This document shows, in pieces, positions 53,632-64,000 of a stretch of 64,000 bases of DNA. The position numbers and the translations under genes were made by a program. The stretch is from Methylococcales bacterium. GTDB taxonomy: Bacteria > Pseudomonadota > Gammaproteobacteria > Methylococcales > Methylomonadaceae. The first letter of the stretch is position 1. Each line of letters starts with the position of its first letter. The stretch spans positions 3,988 through 67,987 of the forward strand of contig JAQTOX010000001.1 in NCBI GenBank assembly GCA_028713055.1. The letters run 5' to 3'. The notes under the pieces were generated by a model. The model ran no database searches, was not told the DNA's origin, and was given only the letters and a program-made list of their open reading frames with translations.

Positions 53632-56600
53632 ATGCCTAATAAACAAATTTCGCCGTATCGGCGCAAGCGCCGATTAGGTTTAATCGCGCTTGCGCCGATA
53701 GTGACTACATTGGTATTTCCGATTGCTCAAGCAGCGGTTTCACCGATTACGGCAACAGCAAAATACGATGTAAAAATTGGTAAAGTTGTTGTTGCTGGTA
53801 AAACTGCAACGACCATTTTAGCTGGCGCGAAAGTTTCCGTGTTGGATGCGTCGAATAACACGATTCTCTACACTATCAACACCGACAAGAAAAACGCCTT
53901 TACTATGAATTTATTGGGTACAACATCTGTGCCTTGTTTAGTGCGCGTTGAAGTCTCAAATCCAAAAGATAATTCAGTATCGCAAGTTTTATTGCCTGTG
54001 AATGGCGCAGACAAATCTTGTTCGACTGTGCCAGCGTGTGCGATTACCAAACCGATTGGTGATACAGAAATTACCGTTGGAAGTTCGGTGGCGTTTGAAG
54101 CATCGAAAATAAAAGGCGATTATTTATGGTCAATTAACGACGGTTCTACCGACACGACCCAAGCTGTTGTAAATCATCAATTCACTGCTGCGGGTAAATA
54201 TCGTGTGACCTTGAAAGTTACCGATGGCGAAAATCAATGTTTAGACGACGTGTTAGTTTCTGTAATTCCACCAAAAGGTACGAATCCTAATGGAAAAGTG
54301 AAAGAACAATCCGCGCCAGTTTTAGGTGGCGCGATGCCGATAGAAAAAGCAGGGAAAGTGACTAATGACACAGATGCTTTAGCTGTTTTGCCGTATGAAG
54401 ACATGGGAATGCAAGGTGGCAGTCAAATTAGTTTGCCATTTAATCCGATGATTAACTACAACGCTTTAAACGCTCAAGTCGTTCAAAAAGTCGAACATAA
54501 ACCTGTGTTACTCGATGATACCAGCGTAAGTGTGGCTTATTCAGCGGCATCGAATGCGAAAGATCCTGCTGGCAAAGATTCGATTAACTCAACCAGTCAA
54601 AATTTGTTCGATAAAAATCAGGTTGGCACAAATTACGATACGAAAGCCAGTAAAATCGATCCTGCGACCGGTAAACCATTGAAAAACGTTTTTATTGATG
54701 GACAAGATTATCAGCAAGCAAAAATCCGTAAATCAGAACAATGGGACAGGATTCATCAGCCTTTAGCCAAAGAACAAGGTATTGATGAAACAGGAATGGC
54801 ATTCGCCGACCAACAAAACCGTTTCATGCCTGCATTTGCGCCAGCGTTACCTGATCAAGGTGTTCGCGGAAATTCAGATAAAGCACAAGGAATGCGGCAA
54901 ATGCCGGGCGTGGCAAATCCATACGTGAAAAATGATCCTCAAACTTTCGCTTACAGTCCTGAAAAACAAAATTTTGCCGCACAATTTATTCCTGCTAGTG
55001 ACATCGACGACCAAGGACGTACAAACCCTTATCCGTTAATGCGTGTCGAAGCAAAAGTGGGGGGTAAAACAGTGGCAAAAACCGATGCGGTTTATACAAC
55101 AGCTTCTGAAACACGCTGCCGTGAATGTCATTCACAAGGCAAAATTGCGGGTGACGAAGATGTATGGCGGATACCGGTTTCAACCGACGAATTGCTGGCA
55201 CCGAATGGCAAGCCAGGTGCTGCAACAGGTGCAGGCAGTTTTGATCCTGGTGCAGATGCAACCAAACCTTGGCCACCTGCGGTTCATAACAAATTCGATG
55301 ACAAAGTCGACGACAATCCTGCGTTCACAAACTTAGCTAAAGAAATGAACGATCCCGCAAACAAAAACTATATTCCACGTGATCAAAATAATTTACGGAC
55401 TGACCGTGTAAAAGAATCACGTTGGGTAAAAGTGGATGCAACTGGTAAACCAACAACCGAAACGAGTCCAACAAAACCCGCAACAGCTGACGGGAGTTGG
55501 AAATTGCAAGTGCGTTTGAATTTCCGCGCACCTGAAGAAGAAGGCGGCACATCGTGGGTTGAACAAGAAAAAGCAGCGTTATTCAACACGTTAGTTATGC
55601 ACGATTATATGGTGTATTTTGGTCCAACACCTGCGACAGGCAAATTATGGCCAGCGAGTTATTCGAGCCAACTTGCAGATGGTTACGCAGACGATAAAGG
55701 TAAATCACGCACTCAACCGATGTATTTCTGTTCTGGACATCATCAAAGTTCGCTTAAATTCGATGTGGGCGTTGTGCCACGTGCTTTCCAAACAAATCGT
55801 TCTGATTATTCTAAAGCCTTCCATGCTTTCCACGGCAAAATGCAAGTGTATAAAGCGGACGTGAGTGCGGCGGTGAGCGCAGACGGTTTAGCGCATAAAA
55901 AAGGCGATTTGATTCGTGACGAACGTGGACATCCTAAAATGTTAGGCGGACGTGGTTGGGATTCTCAACATGACGATGATAATGGCGTACCTTTAACAGC
56001 GGATGCAAATGGTGATTTGACTGTTAAAACTGTTCAACCTTATGACGCAACCAAAAACAACTGGCGACCAGATTTATTCCCCGCAGATAAAAATGGCGAA
56101 CCAATGGTGAAAGTCGGTGAAAAAGTACCCGTCGAAGAAAACTGTAATAAATGTCACACGGGAGCAACTGAAAAAAGCTACCGCGATATTCATCACACTG
56201 CTGGTTTGAAATGCGACAGTTGTCACGGTGATATGTTGGCAGTCGGTAACGTTTATCCAAACAAAGGTTATGATGCAAACTTAACAGGCGGCGGAGCTTA
56301 CACTGGCGATTCTGTTAATTTCCGTAGACCTTGGTTGGACGAACCAAATTGTGGTTCATGCCACATGGGTGATGGAAACTTTGGCAAAGATGGTAAAGGT
56401 GATGCGTTTAGTGCAGGAGTTATGCGCCAAGCCTGGGATGCAAGCGATAAAACGGGTTTTAGTCGTAATCCAATGAATGCACGTTTTGCGGTCATGCCGA
56501 CCAAAGAAAATCGTCTTGAGCCAATTACTGCGCCCGATAAAACACAACCCCCAACAGTTACGGAAGATAAAACGAAACCTGTTGACCCAGTTACTGGCAA

Positions 56601-57387
56601 ATATCCAACCGTCACGACGTATCCTTCGGCAACAAAATATGTAGGTGTTCCGGTATCGCAAGCGTTATATCGAAAAAGTTCGGATGTTCATGGAACTGGC
56701 GCGAATGGGGCATTGAATTGTTCAACCTGTCACGGGGGTTCGCACGCGATTTGGCCTAACCAAGATCCGAATGCTAACGACAACCAAACGTCGAAACAGT
56801 TGCAAGGTTATGACGGCAACATTGCAGAATGTTCGGTTTGTCACATTAAAGACGATTTCAAATCAGGCTTAGTCGCTACCGATGGTGGCGCGAGTGGTTT
56901 GGGTGTTGGACAAGGCGTACGTGACGGAACACCTGTAGATTCAAGTAGTCCAAAAGCCTTCCTCGCAGGACCTCATGGTATGCACCCAGTTGGCGATGCG
57001 TCATGGTATTACGATGCAAAAGGCGCGGCGAAAAACACCGCGAAAGATGCAAGCAGTAAATTCAACGGCGGCTGGCACAATGATTTCGCTAAAAAAGCGG
57101 GACCAGATGGCGAGGATCAATGTGCGGCATGTCATGGCGCGGATCACAAAGGAACTCGTTTATCAAAAGCGTTTGTGGATCGTACGTTAACCGATGCTAC
57201 AGGCAAATCGATTAAAGTGGCGAAAAGTCAAATTATCGGTTGTGATTTATGCCACACGCTGGATAAAAGTTTTACGGGTTCACCCAAAGGCGTAGCGAAA
57301 GAACACGCGCCACCTAAACCCGAAACATTTGTGATTAAAACTGCACCTGTTGCGGCAGCAGGAGGTATGGGGGGAATGAAAATGTAA
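53632..57387 (+). CDS. Giant multihaem c-type cytochrome, paralogue of 50395..53355, with extra N-terminal Ig-like and PKD-like domains (1251 aa, 8 CxxCH)
   Basis: Shared N-terminus (RRLGLIA.AP). Shared blocks: NPYPLMRVEA/NPFPLWRVEA, AKTDAV, CHGDMLAVG, EPNCGSCH/EPDCGSCH, and DQCAACHG.DHKGTRLSK. One ancestral CxxCH is degenerated to CSGHH (55729-55743). Confidence 0.9.
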   Translation: MPNKQISPYRRKRRLGLIALAPIVTTLVFPIAQAAVSPITATAKYDVKIGKVVVAGKTATTILAGAKVSVLDASNNTILYTINTDKKNAFTMNLLGTTSVPCLVRVEVSNPKDNSVSQVLLPVNGADKSCSTVPACAITKPIGDTEITVGSSVAFEASKIKGDYLWSINDGSTDTTQAVVNHQFTAAGKYRVTLKVTDGENQCLDDVLVSVIPPKGTNPNGKVKEQSAPVLGGAMPIEKAGKVTNDTDALAVLPYEDMGMQGGSQISLPFNPMINYNALNAQVVQKVEHKPVLLDDTSVSVAYSAASNAKDPAGKDSINSTSQNLFDKNQVGTNYDTKASKIDPATGKPLKNVFIDGQDYQQAKIRKSEQWDRIHQPLAKEQGIDETGMAFADQQNRFMPAFAPALPDQGVRGNSDKAQGMRQMPGVANPYVKNDPQTFAYSPEKQNFAAQFIPASDIDDQGRTNPYPLMRVEAKVGGKTVAKTDAVYTTASETRCRECHSQGKIAGDEDVWRIPVSTDELLAPNGKPGAATGAGSFDPGADATKPWPPAVHNKFDDKVDDNPAFTNLAKEMNDPANKNYIPRDQNNLRTDRVKESRWVKVDATGKPTTETSPTKPATADGSWKLQVRLNFRAPEEEGGTSWVEQEKAALFNTLVMHDYMVYFGPTPATGKLWPASYSSQLADGYADDKGKSRTQPMYFCSGHHQSSLKFDVGVVPRAFQTNRSDYSKAFHAFHGKMQVYKADVSAAVSADGLAHKKGDLIRDERGHPKMLGGRGWDSQHDDDNGVPLTADANGDLTVKTVQPYDATKNNWRPDLFPADKNGEPMVKVGEKVPVEENCNKCHTGATEKSYRDIHHTAGLKCDSCHGDMLAVGNVYPNKGYDANLTGGGAYTGDSVNFRRPWLDEPNCGSCHMGDGNFGKDGKGDAFSAGVMRQAWDASDKTGFSRNPMNARFAVMPTKENRLEPITAPDKTQPPTVTEDKTKPVDPVTGKYPTVTTYPSATKYVGVPVSQALYRKSSDVHGTGANGALNCSTCHGGSHAIWPNQDPNANDNQTSKQLQGYDGNIAECSVCHIKDDFKSGLVATDGGASGLGVGQGVRDGTPVDSSSPKAFLAGPHGMHPVGDASWYYDAKGAAKNTAKDASSKFNGGWHNDFAKKAGPDGEDQCAACHGADHKGTRLSKAFVDRTLTDATGKSIKVAKSQIIGCDLCHTLDKSFTGSPKGVAKEHAPPKPETFVIKTAPVAAAGGMGGMKM

Positions 57388-57406
57388 CGTTCAAACGTTA
57401 AGGGAA

Positions 57407-57434
57407 GGGAACGTTGTAAAGCGTTCCCTTTTTT
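57407..57434 (+). terminator. Rho-independent terminator
   Basis: gggaacg (57407-57413) pairs with cgttccc (57422-57428), then a T6 run. Confidence 0.7.
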
Positions 57435-57455
57435 ATTTTCAAAAAAGGAAAAAAG

Positions 57456-58808
57456 ATGATTTTTTTATCAAAATTACAGAAAACGATTTTTATCACAGCA
57501 ATATTTTTAACAACAAATGCACAAGCGACAAATCAAAAACCGATTTCCAATGCTGACGCAGACCAAAACGTAGATTTTTCAGCCAGCGTTACGCTTGCTG
57601 GCGCAGAAAGTTCGGATTTCGATGGCGAAATTAAAACCTATCAGTGGTTACAAATCAAAGGCACGAAAGTGGTTTTACAAAATCCAAAAACCGCCGCCCC
57701 AACTTTTATCAGTCCAAAAAAAACAGACTCGTTAATTTTCAAACTCATAGTCACCGATGACAAAAAAGCGACGGCATTCGACACTGTGACAATTAACGTG
57801 GCAGCACAAATCCAAGGGCAATTGAACGACACAGGCATTACGTTTTGTTCAGATGGAGCGTTTAATGTGGCGAGTTGTGGCATTAGCACTTATCCGCGCC
57901 AAGATGCCGAATTTGGACGCGATTTTTTTGATAATGACGATAAAGATGGTCACGCGGGTTTTAGTTTCAATAAAATCAGTGCAACAGGTGAAAATTTGCC
58001 GCTCGATGCAACGCAATGGGCGTGTATCAAAGACAATATCACTGGATTATTGTGGGAAGTTAAAACAACTAAGAATTCAGCGGAAAGTTATCAATTTTCT
58101 GATACAGAAAAATTTGTCAAAACTATAAACGCACAAAAATTATGCGGCGAAACGAATTGGCGATTGCCACAAATTCAAGAGTTACAAAGCATCGTGAATT
58201 ACAGTATGCCGTTGCCTAATCCCAATATCGACAGCAATTTTTTCCCGAATTCAACCAGTAGGATTTATTGGTCATCAACACCTTATGCGAAAAATAAAAA
58301 TGATATGTGGGGAATTTATTTTGAAGATGGGCGCGTTTTTGAACAGGACAAAAAAACCAATGCGGCAATTCGTTTAGTCAATTCAGCAAAAAAATCGATT
58401 GCGAAAAAATATGTCATTTCAAAAGATGGCGCGGAAGTTTTTGACGCACAAACGGGATTAACGTGGCGGCGTTGTGTCGAAGGTATGAAGTGGAATGGTA
58501 AAACATGTAGCGGCTATCCATTTGGCGGAATGTTGATTGAAAGTTTGCAACGTGCGGCGAATGAAGCGAATTTATCGGGCAAAGCGTGGCGGTTGCCGAA
58601 TATCAAAGAATTAGCGAGTTTAGTCGATACATCACAGCCGGGTTTGGCAATAGATTTAACCACGTTTCCCGAAACACCAAATGATCAAATGTGGTCTTCT
58701 TCGCCTTATGCGTCAGATGCTTTTTTTGGTTGGGCGGTACATTTTTACTATGGTTCAAGTTATTACACGTATTTAGAAGACATTGCGATGATGCGATTAG
58801 TTAGATAA
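57456..58808 (+). CDS. Secreted protein with an N-terminal PKD/Ig-like domain and two DUF1566 (Lcl C-terminal-like) domains
   Basis: Signal peptide. PKD-like segment IKTYQWLQIKG...FKLIVTDDKKATAFDTVTINV. Two copies of the WRLP(Q/N)I(Q/K)EL.S(I/L)V signature. Confidence 0.75.
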   Translation: MIFLSKLQKTIFITAIFLTTNAQATNQKPISNADADQNVDFSASVTLAGAESSDFDGEIKTYQWLQIKGTKVVLQNPKTAAPTFISPKKTDSLIFKLIVTDDKKATAFDTVTINVAAQIQGQLNDTGITFCSDGAFNVASCGISTYPRQDAEFGRDFFDNDDKDGHAGFSFNKISATGENLPLDATQWACIKDNITGLLWEVKTTKNSAESYQFSDTEKFVKTINAQKLCGETNWRLPQIQELQSIVNYSMPLPNPNIDSNFFPNSTSRIYWSSTPYAKNKNDMWGIYFEDGRVFEQDKKTNAAIRLVNSAKKSIAKKYVISKDGAEVFDAQTGLTWRRCVEGMKWNGKTCSGYPFGGMLIESLQRAANEANLSGKAWRLPNIKELASLVDTSQPGLAIDLTTFPETPNDQMWSSSPYASDAFFGWAVHFYYGSSYYTYLEDIAMMRLVR

Positions 58809-58855
58809 GTTTTTCCACTCAATTTATTTAGTTCCGTGATATTCAAAAGGTCAGC

Positions 58856-58890
58856 ACACGGATTGCGCCGATTACGCAATCCGTGTTTTT
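58856..58890. terminator. Strong hairpin terminator between convergent genes
   Basis: acacggattgcg (58856-58867) pairs with cgcaatccgtgt (58875-58886), then a T-run to 58890. It is adjacent to the pip stop codon. Confidence 0.75.
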
Positions 58891-59834
58891 CAAAACGCTT
58901 TCAACGATTCCGTTGCGCTCACCAGCGCATCAATCATTTCGTTACCTTGAGCAATATGCCCTGAATTTGGCAAGATGATGTAATTTGCTTGAGGTAATAC
59001 TTGGTGTAGTTGCCATGCCGCTTCTATTGGACAGACTAAATCATTGCGTCCGTGAATAATCGTGATAGGCAAATGGCGCAGTTTTTCACAATGTGTCAGC
59101 AGTTCATTTTCAACCAAAAAGTAGTGATGTTTTGCATAATGTACTTCCATTTGTACCTGTTTAATATCATGTTCAGTAAGATGTCGGTCGTCCGACTGAT
59201 ACACATGACCCAACGCGACTTGTCCGCCCCACGCTTGCCACGCTTTCACCACACGTCGAATTGCTAATTCATCATCGCCCCATAAAACCGTACTCAAATC
59301 GGTAACTAAATCATCCGTGCGATGTTCGATAGGAATGCTATCGTTCAAATGTTTCCACATTTCGGGATAAATTAACGCCACGCCGTGTTGATCTAAAAAC
59401 CAGTCCATATCTTGTAAGCGTGCTAAAAAACTACCACGAAGAATCATCGCTTGAACACGTTTGACATGCTTTTGCGCGTAAGCCAACGCTAGCGTCACGC
59501 CCCACGATCCGCCGAATAAAATCCAATTTTCTAACGTCAAATGTTGTCGAATATGTTCCATATCGGAAATCAAATCGGATAACGTATTGTGTGCTAATTC
59601 GCCGAAGGGCAACGAACGTCCGCAGCCGCGTTGATCAAACAAAATGATGTGGTAATACTCAGGATCAAAAAAACGTCGGTGATCGGGTTTACAACCAGAA
59701 CACGGTCCGCCGTGTAAAAAAATAACCGGTACACCTTGTGGATTTCCGCATTGTTCGACATATATCGAATGCACGCGGTCAGCTTTTAAAAAGAAGTGAT
59801 TAAACGGTTCGAGTTCTGGAAAAAGTGTTTTCAT
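58890..59834 (-). CDS. pip: Proline iminopeptidase (prolyl aminopeptidase, S33 alpha/beta hydrolase); start taken at Met 59834
   Basis: FLHGGP...HRRFFDPEYYHIILFDQRGCGRS and GGSWGVTLALAYAQKH (nucleophile elbow GxSxG). The longer track ORF would run through the rplU promoter. Confidence 0.85.
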   Translation of the reverse strand: MKTLFPELEPFNHFFLKADRVHSIYVEQCGNPQGVPVIFLHGGPCSGCKPDHRRFFDPEYYHIILFDQRGCGRSLPFGELAHNTLSDLISDMEHIRQHLTLENWILFGGSWGVTLALAYAQKHVKRVQAMILRGSFLARLQDMDWFLDQHGVALIYPEMWKHLNDSIPIEHRTDDLVTDLSTVLWGDDELAIRRVVKAWQAWGGQVALGHVYQSDDRHLTEHDIKQVQMEVHYAKHHYFLVENELLTHCEKLRHLPITIIHGRNDLVCPIEAAWQLHQVLPQANYIILPNSGHIAQGNEMIDALVSATESLKAF

Positions 59835-59908
59835 GATTAGTAATGATTGAGAAAGTAAATGTAAAAGCGAACACTTTAACATCAAAGTAACGTCCGCCAA
59901 TCTAAACA

Positions 59909-59937
59909 TTGACGCCACTGCGTTATAAAAATATAAT
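59909..59937 (+). promoter_or_regulatory. Sigma-70 type promoter of the rplU-rpmA operon
   Basis: TTGACG (59909-59914), an exact 17-nt spacer, then TATAAT (59932-59937), about 50 nt upstream of the rplU ATG. Confidence 0.65.
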
Positions 59938-59987
59938 CGCACGCTTACTATATTTTATAGATTAAATGCTTAATGGAGCTTACGCCG

Positions 59988-60299
59988 ATGTATGCGGTAA
60001 TTGAAACAGGCGGTAAACAGTACCGCGTAGAAAATGGTACTTACTTAAAAGTAGAAAAATTAGAACTTGGTGAAGGCGATAGTATCGAATTCGACAAAGT
60101 TTTAATGATTGAAGAAAACGGTGATGTGAAAGTTGGTCTGCCTTTCATCGCAGGCGGGAAAGTGACTGCTACCGTGTTGTCTCAAGGTAGACATAAAAAA
60201 ATTAAAATCGTTAAATTCAGAAGACGTAAACATCACATGAAAACGATGGGACATCGTCAATACTATACTGAAATCCAGATTACTGGCATTTCCGCTTAA
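59988..60299 (+). CDS. rplU: 50S ribosomal protein L21
   Basis: [14 protein letters not shown]... is the canonical L21 N-terminus. A GGAG RBS lies 8 nt upstream of this ATG. The track ORF start (59973) adds five non-conserved residues. Confidence 0.95.
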   Translation: MYAVIETGGKQYRVENGTYLKVEKLELGEGDSIEFDKVLMIEENGDVKVGLPFIAGGKVTATVLSQGRHKKIKIVKFRRRKHHMKTMGHRQYYTEIQITGISA

Positions 60300-60315
60300 A
60301 AAATAGGAGTTAAAA

Positions 60316-60573
60316 ATGGCTCATAAGAAAGCTGGCGGTAGTACCCGCAATGGTCGTGATTCCCAGTCAAAACGCTTAGGTGTTAAACGTTTCGGTAGCG
60401 AAACAGTTACATCAGGCAGCATTATTGTTCGTCAACGTGGTACGCATTTCCATGCTGGCACAAATGTTGGTATCGGTAGAGATCACACCTTATTTGCGAC
60501 AGCAGATGGCGTGGTGGTTTTCAAAGTACAAGGTTCTAAAAACCGCAAATTTGTTAGTGTTGTAGCCGCATAA
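60316..60573 (+). CDS. rpmA: 50S ribosomal protein L27
   Basis: [27 protein letters not shown]... is canonical L27. Confidence 0.95.
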   Translation: MAHKKAGGSTRNGRDSQSKRLGVKRFGSETVTSGSIIVRQRGTHFHAGTNVGIGRDHTLFATADGVVVFKVQGSKNRKFVSVVAA

Positions 60574-60613
60574 ACAATTCGCTTGCCTTAGGCAAGCTAG
60601 GATGACTTAAAAA

Positions 60614-60642
60614 GCTCCGCCTGTGTTGGTTGGGGCTTTTTT
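60614..60642 (+). terminator. Probable rho-independent terminator after rpmA
   Basis: gctccg pairs with tggggc (two G-U pairs), followed by T6 (60637-60642). A second short hairpin, gcttgcc/ggcaagc, lies at 60581-60597. Confidence 0.5.
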
Positions 60643-60668
60643 CGTTTATATAAGTTCGATTTGAGTAA

Positions 60669-61709
<1,041 letters not shown>

Positions 61710-61823
61710 TAACAGATTTGAGAAATTACTCATTTCAAATAGTTGAACTTTCAATAGCCGCGCCAAAATCGTCAATGAATGCGATAATGGTCAACGGTAA
61801 TTTTAACTTTCGGAGTTTTTTTC

Positions 61824-62216
61824 ATGATTGAAAATCTCAATCCCCAACAAGCGTGGGATATTTTACAAAGTGACGCGAGTGCCGTATTAATTGACGTTCG
61901 AACTAAAATGGAACATTTATTTGTGGGTCATCCGCCACAAGCGATTCATGTTGCGTGGAAAGAAGCACCGGATTGGCAGCTAAATTCACGTTTTATTGAA
62001 AGTGTTCGTCAAATTGTTCCGAATCCAAATACACCAATTTTGTTGTTATGTCGCAGTGGACAACGTTCGTTAGAAGCGGCGGCGGCACTTGAAAAATCAG
62101 GTTATTCGCATTTAATCAACATTATCGATGGTTTTGAAGGCGCGTTAGATGACAATAAACAACGCGGTCATTTAAACGGTTGGCGTTTTTCGGGCTTGCC
62201 TTGGCAACAAAGTTGA
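61824..62216 (+). CDS. Single-domain rhodanese-like sulfurtransferase
   Basis: 130 aa with the active-site loop LLLCRSGQRS. Confidence 0.8.
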   Translation: MIENLNPQQAWDILQSDASAVLIDVRTKMEHLFVGHPPQAIHVAWKEAPDWQLNSRFIESVRQIVPNPNTPILLLCRSGQRSLEAAAALEKSGYSHLINIIDGFEGALDDNKQRGHLNGWRFSGLPWQQS

Positions 62217-62274
62217 AACTTATCTCCATTAAAATAGCGACACCCCCAATTTTATTTAACTAAGAGTACAAAAA

Positions 62275-64000
62275 GTGATTGAAAAACTAAGAAACATTGC
62301 AATTATTGCCCACGTTGATCATGGTAAAACCACGCTGGTGGACAAATTATTGCAACAGTCGGGAACATTCGCGGCGCATACGAAAGTAACTGAGCGCATG
62401 ATGGATTCAAACGACATCGAAAAAGAACGTGGTATTACCATTTTGGCGAAAAACACTGCGTTAGATTGGAACGGCTACCACATCAACATCGTTGATACGC
62501 CAGGACATGCTGATTTCGGTGGCGAAGTTGAACGTGTTTTGTCGATGGTAGATTCAGTTTTATTGTTGGTGGATGCTGTCGATGGTCCAATGCCACAAAC
62601 CCGTTTCGTCACTCAAAAAGCCTTTGCATTAGGTTTGAAACCAATTGTTGTTATTAACAAAGTTGACCGTCCAGGCGCACGTCCTGATTGGGTTGTCGAT
62701 CAAACATTTGATTTATTCGACCGTTTAGGTGCAACTGATGAACAATTAGATTTTCCAATCGTTTATGCGTCAGCAATTAACGGTTACGCCGGTTTAGAAT
62801 CAACAGTTTCAGGCGGCGACATGACTCCGCTATTCCAAACAATTATCGACAAAGTAAGTCCACCGCCAGTAAATATCGATGGTCCTTTCCAAATGCAAGT
62901 CAGTAGTTTGGATTACAACACTTACACCGGCGTTATTGGGATTGGTCGTATTCAACGCGGCGTAATTAAAGCAAATCAGCAACTGGTTATCGTCAACCGC
63001 GAAGGCGTTGAGCGTAAAGGTCGAATGTTGCAAGTTTATGGTTTCCACGGCTTGGATCGTGTTGAAGTTACTGAAGCGCGTGCAGGCGATATTATTGCGT
63101 TCGCTGGTATCGAAAAGTTAGAAATTTCAGATACGATTTGTAGCCCAGAATTAGTCGAAATGATGACTCCGTTGTCAGTCGATGAACCGACTGTTTCGAT
63201 GACGTTCCAAGTTAATAATTCACCGTTTGCAGGACGTGAAGGTAAATACGTTACTACCCGTCAAATTCGGGATCGTTTAGAAAAAGAATTGCAACATAAC
63301 GTTGCATTGAAAGTTGAAGACACCGCTGACCCGGATAAATTCCAAGTTTCAGGTCGTGGCGAATTGCATTTGTCGGTGTTAATCGAAAATATGCGTCGTG
63401 AAGGTTTTGAAATGGGCGTTTCACGTCCTGAAGTAATTTTGAAAGAAATCGACGGCAAAAAATGTGAACCTTTCGAATTAGTCACCATCGAAGTCGAAGA
63501 AGAGCATCAAGGTTCGATTATGGAAAAATTGGGCGATCGCAAAGGTGATTTAACCAATATGGTTCCAGATGGTAAAGGTAGAATTCGTTTGGAATACATG
63601 ATGCCATCACGCGGTTTGATCGGTTTCCAAACAGAATTTATGACAGCAACATCAGGTTCTGGTTTGCTTTATCACGTGTTTGATCATTACGGTCCAATGA
63701 AATCAGGCGATGTCGGTAGTCGAATGCGTGGCGTGTTGATTTCAATGGTCGCAGGTAAAGCGGTAACGTATTCGCTGCATCCGTTGCAAGAACGCGGTGA
63801 TTTGTTATTGGTTAACGGCGACGAAGTTTATGAAGGTATGTTAGTTGGCTTGCATTCACGTACCAATGATTTATGCGTAAATCCTTGTAAACCAAAACAA
63901 TTAACTAATGTTCGCGCGTCAGGAACAGACGAAAGTTTAGTTTTAGCACGGATTCAAAAATTGACGTTGGAACAAGCGTTAGAATTTATCGCTGAAGATG
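62275..64000 (+). CDS. typA: Translational GTPase TypA/BipA (GTG start; 3'-partial, runs off the window)
   Basis: Translation from GTG 62275 gives (M)[29 protein letters not shown]...[14 protein letters not shown]...NKVDR. The frame is open to nt 64000. It is absent from the supplied ORF track. Confidence 0.9.
   Translation, partial: MIEKLRNIAIIAHVDHGKTTLVDKLLQQSGTFAAHTKVTERMMDSNDIEKERGITILAKNTALDWNGYHINIVDTPGHADFGGEVERVLSMVDSVLLLVDAVDGPMPQTRFVTQKAFALGLKPIVVINKVDRPGARPDWVVDQTFDLFDRLGATDEQLDFPIVYASAINGYAGLESTVSGGDMTPLFQTIIDKVSPPPVNIDGPFQMQVSSLDYNTYTGVIGIGRIQRGVIKANQQLVIVNREGVERKGRMLQVYGFHGLDRVEVTEARAGDIIAFAGIEKLEISDTICSPELVEMMTPLSVDEPTVSMTFQVNNSPFAGREGKYVTTRQIRDRLEKELQHNVALKVEDTADPDKFQVSGRGELHLSVLIENMRREGFEMGVSRPEVILKEIDGKKCEPFELVTIEVEEEHQGSIMEKLGDRKGDLTNMVPDGKGRIRLEYMMPSRGLIGFQTEFMTATSGSGLLYHVFDHYGPMKSGDVGSRMRGVLISMVAGKAVTYSLHPLQERGDLLLVNGDEVYEGMLVGLHSRTNDLCVNPCKPKQLTNVRASGTDESLVLARIQKLTLEQALEFIAED

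Noticed and set aside
59835-59987. Longer starts for pip (59942) and rplU (59973) as given in the ORF track.
   Set aside because: The extensions are non-conserved. The pip extension would overlap the strong TTGACG-17-TATAAT rplU promoter. Canonical N-termini begin at 59834 (MKTLFPELEP) and 59988 ([12 protein letters not shown]).

Overview
The window has four blocks.

(1) 1-31399: the late/morphogenesis arm of a lambda-like siphovirus prophage. It carries an S-like holin, a GH24 endolysin, a Nu1/gpA terminase, gpW, a lambda-family portal, an S49 protease, a gpD-like decoration protein, a gpE-like capsid, a G/GT-type frameshift chaperone pair, a 3113-aa tape measure and tail-fibre genes. It ends at a tRNA-Thr-like 3' fragment that I read as attR. 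The terminase genes, followed by four unknown genes, are transcribed opposite to the head genes. They are separated from those four genes by a G+C-rich spacer that is a candidate cos site.

(2) 31400-33161: a decayed islet with small ORFs and a frameshifted primase-helicase-like remnant.

(3) 33162-58808: a very large multihaem c-type cytochrome locus, and the most interesting part of the window.
- A roughly 17-kb minus-strand operon, many of whose genes are joined by 4-nt ATGA overlaps, encodes an 883-aa multihaem protein, a small Cys-rich membrane protein, a Cys-free 550-aa outer-membrane beta-barrel, 7-, 8- and 6-haem cytochromes, a NapH-type polyferredoxin, a C-terminally anchored octahaem, a trihaem and an NHL-propeller 16-haem protein.
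- It runs straight into ccmG, a FlgE-like/RTX chimera, ccmH and ccmI.
- Divergent from it are two paralogous giant PKD-domain multihaem cytochromes (986 and 1251 aa). They have duplicated leaders carrying a 10-12-bp inverted repeat. A DUF1566 protein follows.
- I count about 70 canonical CxxCH motifs by eye.
- An 80-nt palindromic element sits in-frame in three of these genes.
- I interpret the locus as a porin-cytochrome type extracellular electron-transfer system with a non-canonical parts list.

(4) 58890-64000: housekeeping genes pip, rplU-rpmA-obgE, a rhodanese and typA/bipA. typA has a GTG start that is missing from the ORF track and is 3'-partial.

No CRISPR array, rRNA or intact tRNA was seen. 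All homology statements come from motif recognition by eye, not from database searches.
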